A stretch of 17,519 nucleotides of DNA from Octopus sinensis. Its lineage: Eukaryota. The notes under the pieces are model-generated. The model was given only the letters and a program-made list of their open reading frames with translations, did no database searches and was not told the origin of the DNA. Numbering within the stretch: position 1 is the stretch's first letter; each line of letters starts with the position of its first letter. This document shows, piece by piece, positions 1 to 8,840 of this stretch. The position numbers and the translations under genes are program-made. The stretch spans positions 1 through 17,519 of the forward strand of contig NW_021824804.1 of NCBI RefSeq assembly GCF_006345805.1, in the 5' to 3' direction.

Positions 1-629
1 ATATCTGATGTGAACTTACCCACTAGTATTATATATAAGTTATATATATATTTTTTTCTTACTATTCTCTATAATTTCTTATTATTTTGTTTTCTCATTT
101 TGATACTTTTACCTATTAAACTCTTATCTCTTATAAGTTATTAATGTTCTTAAAGTGATGTATAAATTTTCTAGTTACCGAAGTCTATGAGAATTGATTA
201 TAACATACCCATAATAAAGAACAAATATTTGTGTATATTTGCATGTGTGCACATAGCTAAATATGTGTATGTATCTATGTACAACTTATTTTTTCCGATA
301 TTTTTTCTGATTCTTAGCTTATAATTAACATAAAGATAGCATGCTTTATCGCCCCAATATTCCATAAGTAAATACCCAGAGCAATCTTCATAGAAATCAC
401 CTAATAAGTAAATGATTAAGAACGGGAATGAATATTGAAATAATTCTATGTAATCTTCCATTTCTAATGTTGAAAATTGGTATATATACATATTTTATCT
501 ATTCTGGTTATAATATCACTTTTAGTAATCTTAAATTTTATCTTTATACATCATAACAATATTGTTTATATACAGTCATCCATAGTACCCCATGACTATT
601 TCTTCTGCATTAATATCATAATTTTTATT

Positions 630-1140
630 AACGTGTTGCCCCTTTAACTGGTAATTAACATCGTGATTTGGGGTCTTCCCTTACCCAGCCTCCTTTATCA
701 ACAATTATTTATAGAAATCCTAAAATCCTAGCTATATTTATAACCATACTCAACTATAAACTCTCAACTCACTTCTGCCCTCTATTCTAAACAGACAATG
801 TCCTCTAGCTTTGGATTTGGTATTTGATTTAAAAAAAAAGACTAATAAATTATAAATGAACCACAATTCTTTACAAGCTATGACTCTAACAAACTTCATG
901 CTGTTCTTAGAAGTGTAGTATATTCTTATTCTTAGCTACATTAGTAGCAACATGGACTTCTTCCCTCTTCTTGCTCTATTGGAGAAATTGGGTAAAATCA
1001 TATTAATGTGTCCAACTGATCAAAAATTCTGAGGATAGCCCGGGATTTAAATTGATGCAATAGTTGCATTGTTCAATTAAATGGAGCCGCTTGAAACGGT
1101 AGTACTGCAACACCTCGATATCCTGTTGTTTATTTTGATT
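630..1140 (+). mobile_element. Putative decayed Penelope-like element 3' end (GIY-YIG C-terminal relic followed by a hammerhead-like terminus)
   Basis: Manual translation across frameshifts and stops gives, in order, C-(fs)-PLTGN (637-655), IYNHTQ (736-753), KQT..SSF/VFDLK (789-834), SYDSNK (876-893) and MLFLEV*YIL (898-927). This order resembles Penelope endonuclease motifs CPLxGxC...RxxNH...TxLSxxxWxLK...YxxxxKxCxLCLxE. CTGAGGA...GAAAC.GGTA.GTA follows at 1029-1104. The GIY/YIG residues themselves are not recognisable. Confidence 0.4.
1029..1104 (+). ncRNA. Hammerhead-ribozyme-like core, stem I not evident
   Basis: CUGAGGA 1029-1035; stem II AGC/GCU enclosing AUUUAAAUUGA/UCAAUUAAAU and UGCAA/UUGCA; GAAAC 1093-1097; GGUA loop; GUA triplet 1102-1104. 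Confidence 0.45.
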
Positions 1141-1148
1141 ACATATGT

Positions 1149-1170
1149 TGTGTGTGTGTATGTGTGCGTG

Positions 1171-1230
<60 letters not shown>

Positions 1231-1259
1231 CAATACATACATACATACACATACATACA

Positions 1260-1290
<31 letters not shown>

Positions 1291-1293
1291 GTA
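1149..1293. repeat. Compound microsatellite (TG)n-(TA)n-(TACA)n
   Basis: Directly visible. Confidence 0.97.
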
Positions 1294-1451
1294 TATACTT
1301 ATTTCGATAGGTGAATGAATTGTCCTATGTTTACCGTCAGCATGGAAAATTCGATGAACCGATACCAGGGTAGCAAATTCACGTCAGAAACATGGTTGAA
1401 GCGACCTGTCCAAGGGTAGAAACTCCGGGTTCGTGTGCAGAAATTTGTGTT

Positions 1452-1688
1452 ATATATGAATAAATAAAAGAATGGAGTCGAACATTTTGTTTACCATGTA
1501 GGCAGTCATCGAAATTTTTGTTTGTCTTGTTGTTGAGAGAGGCTCCCTTTCTTTCCTGATGAGAAGATTGCATCTTGCACCCTTTATTCCTTTGGAATGA
1601 AACTATGTTGTCTTCGAAACATATGCCGAGAGTAAAGGAATTTTGCTAACATCTCCGTTCGACTCCATTCTTTTATTTATTCATTTAT
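1452..1688 (+). mobile_element. Short element with perfect 28-bp inverted termini and an internal hammerhead motif (Penelope-derived/retrozyme-like)
   Basis: ATGAATAAATAAAAGAATGGAGTCGAAC (1456-1483) is the exact reverse complement of 1657-1684; hammerhead core at 1546-1638. Confidence 0.65.
1546..1638 (+). ncRNA. Type I hammerhead ribozyme motif, one core substitution (GUC to GCC)
   Basis: Stem I CUUUC (1551-1555)/GAGAG (1628-1632), extendable by CCUUU/AAAGG; CUGAUGA 1556-1562; stem II GAAGAU/GUCUUC with inner hairpin UUUAUUCC/GGAAUGAA; GAAA 1616-1619; palindromic stem III CAUAUG; GCC at 1625-1627 where GUH is expected. Confidence 0.65.
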
Positions 1689-1724
1689 GTATATACTTAT
1701 GTACCAAGCTTTAAAAAAGTACTA

Positions 1725-1800
1725 GATTCGATTTTTTCGACTGAAACCCTTCAAGGCAGTGCCCCAAATTGGCTGCAGTCCAATAACTAAAACAAATAAC
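1725..1800 (+). mobile_element. 3' tail fragment related to SINE family B
   Basis: TCGACTGAAACC...GCAGTC...AAACAAATAA resembles the family B tail at 3586-3637 and the reverse-strand tail at 15992-16055. Confidence 0.5.
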
Positions 1801-1930
1801 ACACACACACCACACACACATACATATATATGTACTATGTATTTATACTGTATGTGTGTGTATATATGCATATATATGTATACATATATACACACACAAA
1901 TGCACACGCACACGCACACGCCCACATACA
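1800..1930. repeat. Compound (CA)n/(TA)n/(TG)n microsatellite
   Basis: Directly visible. Confidence 0.9.
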
Positions 1931-2093
1931 GAGTTTTCACAGTTTTTTCTTTCTATGCCAACGTCATATTATTATCGTGCTATGTCGCACCCTCACAAAG
2001 AAGATTAACCGGGTGGATGACTGAACTAAAGCTTCGAATGATCGGGTGGGAATCGGGTTTATGAGAATTAAACCTTTTTGAAAGATAATTAGA

Positions 2094-2270
2094 GGGCGGT
2101 GAGATCGTAGAAATGTTAAAGCATCGCACTAAATGCTTTACAGACTTCGTTCTTCACAGCTTTGTCTTTAAATTTCATTAATATTGGGTCGAGGGTGGGA
2201 GGCGATAGAGAGTAATTAAATACCAGTTATACATTGCGGTTTGTTGCAAGCTGCCTTTCTCCTCTCCTCT
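2094..2270 (+). mobile_element. Old, highly diverged SINE related to family A
   Basis: GGCGGTGAGATCGTAGAAATGTTAAAGCA...AAATGCTT matches the family A head; TAAATACCAGTTATACATTGCGGT matches AAGTACCAGTTACGCACTGGGGT. Confidence 0.5.
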
Positions 2271-2299
2271 TATAGAAAGTCATACGAAGTGTACTTATC

Positions 2300-2478
2300 G
2301 ATGTTGTTAGCCCCTGGCCTGTCATAGTCGTCCAGATCTATGACTAAAGGCGTTCCCGCCGTGACCAACGCATTTATTTTGCATATTTATGGTTATAGAA
2401 TCCGTAACGTTTCTTCAGTTGTGAGGTGGGACATTCTATTTCTAGAAGGTCGAGAGGAAACGTGTAGAGCCTACCCTC
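2300..2478 (-). mobile_element. Old dispersed repeat, family D
   Basis: TATGACTAAAGGCGTTCCCGCCGTGACC matches units at 13283-14630; CTATTTCTAGAAGGTCGAG (2436-2454) matches 14404-14422 at 18/19. Strand inferred by treating the (GTT)n flank as an (AAC)n tail. Confidence 0.5.
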
Positions 2479-2689
2479 CACCACCACCTCCACTATCAGC
2501 TGTTGTGGTAATGTGTGTGTATCGGGTTTGATACACACACACGCACACACACACATACTTATCTCTTCTTGTATATCCCTTCTTTCTCCTCATTTGTATG
2601 CAAGCCCATCCTCCTAAAATAGAAGCCGACTTTTACTGCTCTCGGCATATATATTGGAATATCTCCATCTGTTGCTTCATATTTTGAAA

Positions 2690-3030
2690 TACATTATTTA
2701 CAATGAACGGATAGGTGTCCTCACCTTGTTTGTTGTTATCACAGCGCTTCGGCTGGTGTACTCTCCAACCTTCATCAGGTGTTCTGGTGGAATTTTGAAC
2801 CCAGCCTTTTACTTGATATCATTTTCCAAGTCCCTGCCTGGGATTGAACTTAGAATCCGCTGACTACTAACCCTCGGATTCTAAGTTCAATCCCAAGCAA
2901 GGACTTGAAAAATAATATCAACCGAAAAATACTATCTGCAGCATACCTTAGGAATGAGAACTATGTACTCCATTAGTCAAAGCATTGTAAATAATGTACG
3001 TAATTCCTCATCTCAATAATATAGAACAGT
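2690..3030. mobile_element. Head-to-head inverted dimer of an element with a tRNA-like (B-box) head and a hammerhead-bearing body
   Basis: 47-bp inner inverted repeat 2813-2859/2875-2921 (4 mismatches) containing B-box-like AAGTTCAATCCC; perfect 16-bp outer inverted repeat 2690-2705/2983-2998; hammerhead-like core on the minus copy at 2738-2783. Confidence 0.65.
2738..2783 (-). ncRNA. Minimal type I hammerhead-like motif with variant core
   Basis: Minus strand reads AACAC-CUGAUGA-A-GGUUGG-agaguaca-CCAGCC-GAAG-CGCU-GUGAU: stem I CAC/GUG, 6-bp stem II, palindromic AGCGCU in the stem III position. Confidence 0.55.
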
Positions 3031-3177
3031 ATATCTTGAAATGTTTTAAATGAAGAAGATCTTAAGTAATGGATGCATTTCCAATTATATGTTACGTACA
3101 AAATTATTTCAGAATACTGCTATATGGGTTCACTTCATTAACATAACTTATATACATGCATATATGTGTGTGTGGGG

Positions 3178-3335
3178 GGGTGCGTGGTTGTGTGGTAAGA
3201 TGCTTGTTTCTCAAACACATGCAGCTGGAGTTCGGTCCCATTGCATGGCACCTTGGGTAAATGTCTTATACTATAGCCACGTATTGATCAAAGCTTTGTG
3301 AGTGGATTTGTTAGAGGTAAACTGAAAGAAGTCCG

Positions 3336-3397
<62 letters not shown>

Positions 3398-3640
3398 ATG
3401 TACATATGTATACAGGTATGTATCTTGTGTGTGTGTGTGTCGTTGTGTCTGTGTTTGCCCCCTCCCCCAATCACCGCTTGACAACCAGTGTTGGTGTGTT
3501 TACGTCCCCGTAACTTAGCGGTTCGGCAAAAGAGATCGATTGAATTACTACTAGGCTTAAGAAATAAGACCTGGGGTCGATTTGCTCGACTAAAATCCAA
3601 CAAGGGCGCAGTAAAGCGTGAAACAAGTAAAAGAATAAGA
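3178..3640 (+). mobile_element. tRNA-derived SINE family B, near full length, with internal (TA)n(TG)n tract
   Basis: A-box-like TGGTTGTGTGGTAAG, B-box-like GAGTTCGGTCCC; body TGTGAGTGGATTTG..AGA.GGAAACTGAAAGAAG shared with copies at 4956, 15546, 16340 and 16768. Confidence 0.85.
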
Positions 3641-3643
3641 CAA

Positions 3644-3712
<69 letters not shown>

Positions 3713-3713
3713 G

Positions 3714-3796
<83 letters not shown>
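3639..3796. repeat. (AGAC)n-(AGAT)n microsatellite
   Basis: Directly visible. Confidence 0.98.
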
Positions 3797-3797
<1 letters not shown>

Positions 3798-4105
3798 TAA
3801 AATAGAAATGAAAAGGCAAACGGTCTGGCAAGACTTGACGACGACATTTAATTTAGCTATATAATAAAGCTATATAAAGCTGTGTGTATACCTTTTTATT
3901 ATATAGCTAAGTTAAATGTCCTTGTCAAGTCTTGCCAAACCGTTTTCCTTTTCTGATTTAATCTATAAGTAGCTGCTCAACGGGAAGCCACTTCTAGCCG
4001 CTTTAGAAAGGCGGTTGCAAAATCACCCGTTCAACTGCAGTTGAAACCAGAAATATAGAGTGCATACCTATTAGTTTGAGCCACCCTGACGAATTCTCCT
4101 CGTAT
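3793..4105. mobile_element. Fold-back element (about 72-bp arms) with structured extension ending in a truncated CUGACGA box
   Basis: 3793-3868 is an imperfect reverse complement of 3895-3965; then hairpin AACGGG/CCCGTT, palindrome 4030-4045 and CTGACGAATTCT at 4086-4097. Confidence 0.55.
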
Positions 4106-4109
4106 CTTT

Positions 4110-4280
<171 letters not shown>

Positions 4281-4426
4281 ATTAAGGTTCAGCAACGATT
4301 TGCTTCACCATATTATATAGTATTACTTAAACTTACCATGAAATGGTCTTTTTTCATGCTGAATTCTACTTGGTGAAATTATTGATTACTTCTTAATTAA
4401 TTAATTTCACCCTTTGTTATTATTGA

Positions 4427-4439
4427 TATATATATAGAT

Positions 4440-4498
<59 letters not shown>

Positions 4499-4545
4499 CA
4501 CACACACATGTGTGTGTGTGTGTGTGTATGTGTGTGTGTGTGTGT

Positions 4546-4584
<39 letters not shown>

Positions 4585-4608
4585 TTATGCATATATTTAT
4601 ATATATAT
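4427..4608. repeat. (AGAT)n-(TG)n compound microsatellite
   Basis: Directly visible. Confidence 0.96.
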
Positions 4609-4955
4609 TCCGCATTCCGCAGTATGGAAGAAACACTTTTTTGTTTAACAAAAAATATATACAACAAAAATACCCCGAAAATAACCAAATGTCTTCGACA
4701 ATATCAGCCGACGAGTTACTGTGGTTCTCTTGGGATTAACTGAAATCAATACCTTACAAAAACTGGTATTTCAGGATGTAACAATAGCAAGTATTTTGAT
4801 TAATATTTATGATTTAACTAATGTTGTTGGTATAAATAGAATGGCAATTGCTCAGTAAATGAAAAAATCGTAAAAAAAATTCAACTGCATTGCAGTTACA
4901 CAACATGGTACTGTTCTGTTTATCTTCTTCTTCTCCTTCTTCATCTCCTTCTTCT

Positions 4956-5104
4956 TCTTCTTTCAGTTGCTGTCTACCAAATCTACTCACAAGGTGTCGT
5001 CGGCCCGTGGCTTTAGTCGAAGACACTTGCCCCAGGCGCCATGCAGTGGGACTGAACCCGGAACTATGTCATTGAGAAACAAGCTTCTTACCACACAGCC
5101 ACTA
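4956..5104 (-). mobile_element. SINE family B, 5' half
   Basis: Reverse complement reads TGGCTGTGTGGTAAGAAGCTTG...CCGGGTTCAGTCCCACTGCATGGCGCCTGGGGCAAGTGTCTT...TGTGAGTAGATTTGGTAGAC. Confidence 0.85.
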
Positions 5105-5264
5105 TGAGAGGTCGATTTCTCATCCCAATAAATAAGTTTTTTTCTTGCTTTTTTACACTTGAGCGTCTAGAACTTTGTTCATTTGCTACCAGGCTTTCAT
5201 TGGTGTCGCAAACCGTTTTCAGTCCCGTAAGTTATCTTCCACCTCTATACAAGGTGTATCGTGG

Positions 5265-5690
5265 AGACATAACTATAATATCGCATTTAAACTCAAAAGT
5301 AGTACAATTTGCCAAAAAAGATGGAAACTAAGCAGCAGAGAGAAACATTGAACCACCATGTACCGAGAAGATGATAATCACAATGGAAGAAGAATCTTCG
5401 TATAGTACCAGTAAAATGGCCATACTTAGAGGAATCTTCAAAATATGGATATTAGGCTAAAGAAACTTCGAACTTTCGGTTACTATTTGAAAGCAAGAAA
5501 GTTGGCAGCAAACATAGAAGTGAATTTTTTCAGAGGAAATGGTCGTTGATGTTTCCGTTTCAGTTTTCAGACAAGAACGAAGTTTGCTCAAAAAGTATCA
5601 GCTGAAACAAACAGAAAAAAACATTAGATTTCCATTGTTTGGTAATTTCGCTCAACGACAGATATGAACATTCAAATGATTTGCCCGCTA
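5265..5690 (+). pseudogene. Decayed pogo-family (POGK/Tigger-like) transposase: Brinker-type DNA-binding domain plus CENP-B HTH
   Basis: Across frameshifts and stops: RHNYNIAFKLK/VVQFAKKDGN*AAERNIEPPCTEKMI; KWPYLEE/KIWILG*RN; ARKLAANIEVNFFRGNGR*CFRF; TRTKFAQK; LDFHCLVI. This matches the pattern YxxxFKLKVVxxAxxxGNRAAxRxFxxxEKxxRxW...KWPxLE...WxxRF...RxxTxxAQK. Confidence 0.75.
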
Positions 5691-5806
5691 ATTTTCAATA
5701 ATAACAGGCATTTAGCGTGTGTTCGCCAGACACTGCCCGATTGTGTGGATGAGGCCTTCATAAATACATTTTTCTTTTTTTGTTCTAAGAATTACAATTT
5801 CCAAAC

Positions 5807-5823
5807 TAGGGTTAGGGTTAGGG
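5807..5823 (+). repeat. Short interstitial telomere-like (TTAGGG) run
   Basis: TAGGG-TTAGGG-TTAGGG. Confidence 0.6.
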
Positions 5824-5861
5824 TATTCTTGTCATGTAGCGTCTACGCTGCAAAATAAGAT

Positions 5862-5985
5862 GTATGTGTGTGTATACATATATGTATACACACACACACT
5901 ATATATATATATATATATAGTGTGTTTATACATATATGTATAAACACACACACTATATATATATATATATTATATATATATACTC
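5862..5985. repeat. Palindromic (TG)/(TA)/(CA) low-complexity tract
   Basis: Directly visible; contains serial perfect palindromes. Confidence 0.85.
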
Positions 5986-5987
5986 AT

Positions 5988-6246
5988 ATAAATAAATAAA
6001 TGCGCCCTTTTAAAGCCTAGCCAGGCACATGGGCCCGGTTTCCCGGTTTCTATGGCGTATGTGTTCCCCAGCTGGACAGGACGCCAGTCCTTCGCAGCGT
6101 TACTCATTTTTGCCAGCTGAGTGGACCGGAGCAACGTGAAATGAAGTGTTTGGCTCAAGAACACAACGCATCGCCCGGTCCAGGAATCGAAACTACAATC
6201 TTACGATCATGATGCCGACACCCTAACCACTAAGCCACGCGCCTCC
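5988..6246 (-). mobile_element. tRNA-derived SINE family C, apparently full length
   Basis: Minus strand: GGAGGCGCGTGGCTTAGTGGTTAGGG (A box), GTTTCGATTCC (B box), CORE-like TGTGTTCTTGAGCCAAACACTTCA, then GGACTGGCGTCCTGTCCAG and a (TTTA)n tail. Confidence 0.85.
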
Positions 6247-6252
6247 ACACAA

Positions 6253-6254
<2 letters not shown>

Positions 6255-6305
<51 letters not shown>

Positions 6306-6490
6306 TTGAATATATATGTATACGATATATATATATGTATGTATATATATATATACATACATATGCGTGTGTGTATATATATATATACGTGTATGTGTGT
6401 GTGTATGTCTATGTATCTATATGAGTGTGTGTGTATGTATGCATATGTACGTACGCATATGTATGTATATGCATATGTATATATGTACCA
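6255..6490. repeat. (TA)n and degenerate (TATG)n microsatellite
   Basis: Directly visible. Confidence 0.95.
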
Positions 6491-6744
6491 ACTACATGTG
6501 TCGTTTCCTGTTATGTCTTGTCTTGTTCTTTAGTTGTTTATCGTTTGTTTGCTTTTTGCCAACGTCCTCTTCGTTCGCTCATTCATCCTCAAGAGCCTTT
6601 TCCTGTTGACGCGACCAAAGTGAACAATCTTATCGTTAAAGGCGCGAAATTATGAATCTTGGACAACTGATAAGAGAAGAACATGACCACGAGTTGTGTG
6701 CCACTTTTCTGTGTCTTCCTTTGTCATCCTCCTATGTAATATCT

Positions 6745-6869
6745 AACACACACACACACACAAACATATTGTATGTATTTATGCATGTATGTATATTTGT
6801 ATGTATGCATGTATGTATGTATGTATGTATGTATGTATATGTATATATATAAATAATATATATACTTAT

Positions 6870-6934
<65 letters not shown>

Positions 6935-6952
6935 TATATATATATATATAAC

Positions 6953-6989
<37 letters not shown>

Positions 6990-6995
6990 ATATAT

Positions 6996-7054
<59 letters not shown>
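6745..7054. repeat. (CA)n-(TATG)n-(TA)n compound microsatellite
   Basis: Directly visible. Confidence 0.96.
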
Positions 7055-7058
<4 letters not shown>

Positions 7059-7181
7059 TGTTAATTATAGCACACATAGTCTTCAAAAAAATTTTTTTAA
7101 ACCTTTAATGGATAAACAATGTGTCACCAGCAAAGTCAAAACTAAACTCCACTCCCACCCGACTCCTACCCACCTCCTCTA

Positions 7182-7222
<41 letters not shown>

Positions 7223-7589
7223 CACCACCTTCGTCATGTAATTTCTGTAAAACGACTTTCGTCGAACAAATATTTCAATTTCATCAGCAGTCGTCGTGTG
7301 TGGTTGCAGTGGAATTCTATATAAACAGTCAGGTCTTCTCCTCTGCGACATTGGTAAATGTTTCGTGGCACCACCACCGCCACCACCACCCTTGCCCCCC
7401 TCCCCCATCCCACCCCCTGCGCCACCCCGCCGCTATTAATACAAATGATATCATGAAAACAGTGTTGATTAATTTGGTAACGATAAGAAAGGGCAGCGGT
7501 TAATTGAATCAACAATTCTCTGACAGCAAGCTCACATCTTTTAGACTTTTTACTTGAAATCTGTCATTCTCCTTGTACTCTATGAATGG

Positions 7590-7621
7590 TATGTATATAT
7601 GCATGCGATATATATACATGT

Positions 7622-7667
<46 letters not shown>

Positions 7668-7737
7668 CATATATATATATATACGCATGCATATATACAT
7701 ACCATGATATGCATGCGTATATGTATATATGTATATA

Positions 7738-7777
<40 letters not shown>

Positions 7778-7786
7778 ATATATATA

Positions 7787-7867
<81 letters not shown>

Positions 7868-7999
7868 TTATAAATACATATATGTAAGTATGTATATGTG
7901 TATATATTTATGTATATATATATATATATGTGCATGTATATATGTATATATATATATATATATATGTGCATGTATTATATAGATATATATATATGCATG

Positions 8000-8032
<33 letters not shown>

Positions 8033-8112
8033 ATATATATATATATAATAATATATATATGAAATGTATATATATGTATACACACAACACCACACACATA
8101 ATATATATATAT
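7590..8112. repeat. Long interrupted (TA)n tract
   Basis: About 520 bp, almost entirely alternating T/A. Confidence 0.97.
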
Positions 8113-8158
8113 AATAAAAAGTTAGCGTACAACATGTACCTGTTTGCTTGAAAGAGTT

Positions 8159-8768
8159 AAAACCTTCCAAAACCGGGCATCTCTCATTATATATTAACAC
8201 GCACGGATCATATAGCAAATATTTTTTCTCCAAAACAGTTCTCCCAATTTGTAAGATACATTAAGTAGTAAAATACAAATAAGATCATAGACAACCTAGA
8301 ATCAATTGATTTCGCTTTCTGTGTCAGCTAGGATTACTACATAAACTATTTCAAAAAACATAGTTACCTCTCCGTGCGCGTTGTTCAAATGAAGGTTCCA
8401 CGGCTTCCAGACGAACGTTAGTGAGTAAGTATAAATTTTGAATTCAAATAAGTCATCATTATCTATAAAAAATAATGATAACGTGGCCAGCAAGCATAAT
8501 TCAAATACGCAAAATATATAATTATAAGTCAGGGTACAAGATGTACTTGTTCGCTTCAAAGAGAAGTAAATGTGTTTTTTGAAATAGTTTATGTAGTACG
8601 CCCAGATGACGTGCGCGAAATCAGTTGATACTACGACGTCTATGATCTTTTTTCTATTTTACTAAATGTATCTTACAAGTGGGAGGATTGTTTCGGAGAA
8701 AAAAATATTTGCTATATGCCCCGTGAGAGTTTACACATAGTGAGAGATGCGTAGTTTTGGAGGGTTTT
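8159..8768. mobile_element. Fold-back/MITE-like element with about 210-bp diverged inverted arms
   Basis: 8159-8371 is an imperfect reverse complement of about 8560-8768, including a perfect 26-bp match 8335-8360/8573-8598 and blocks CATATAGCAAATATTTTTT, TTGTAAGATACATT and AAGATCATAGAC. Confidence 0.8.
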
Positions 8769-8840
8769 TGACAACGCCCGCTACTTTGGGAAGCTATGAA
8801 CTTACTCTCAATAAAATCATTTCGATATAGTACGAGCCAA

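Noticed and set aside
198-491. 97-aa minus-strand ORF
   Set aside because: No recognisable motif; a chance ORF in AT-rich DNA. Any relic coding signal nearby is on the plus strand.
5807-5823. Telomere or chromosome-fusion scar
   Set aside because: Under three units; too short to imply more than a small interstitial run.
6170-6246. tRNA genes at SINE heads (also 8841, 13416, 16110)
   Set aside because: A/B boxes run into repeated SINE bodies with tails or TSDs, and no clean cloverleaf can be drawn.
7245-7295. CUGAUGA...GAAA on the minus strand
   Set aside because: No convincing stem I or properly closed stem II; CGAC-GAAA-GUCG forms a competing hairpin.
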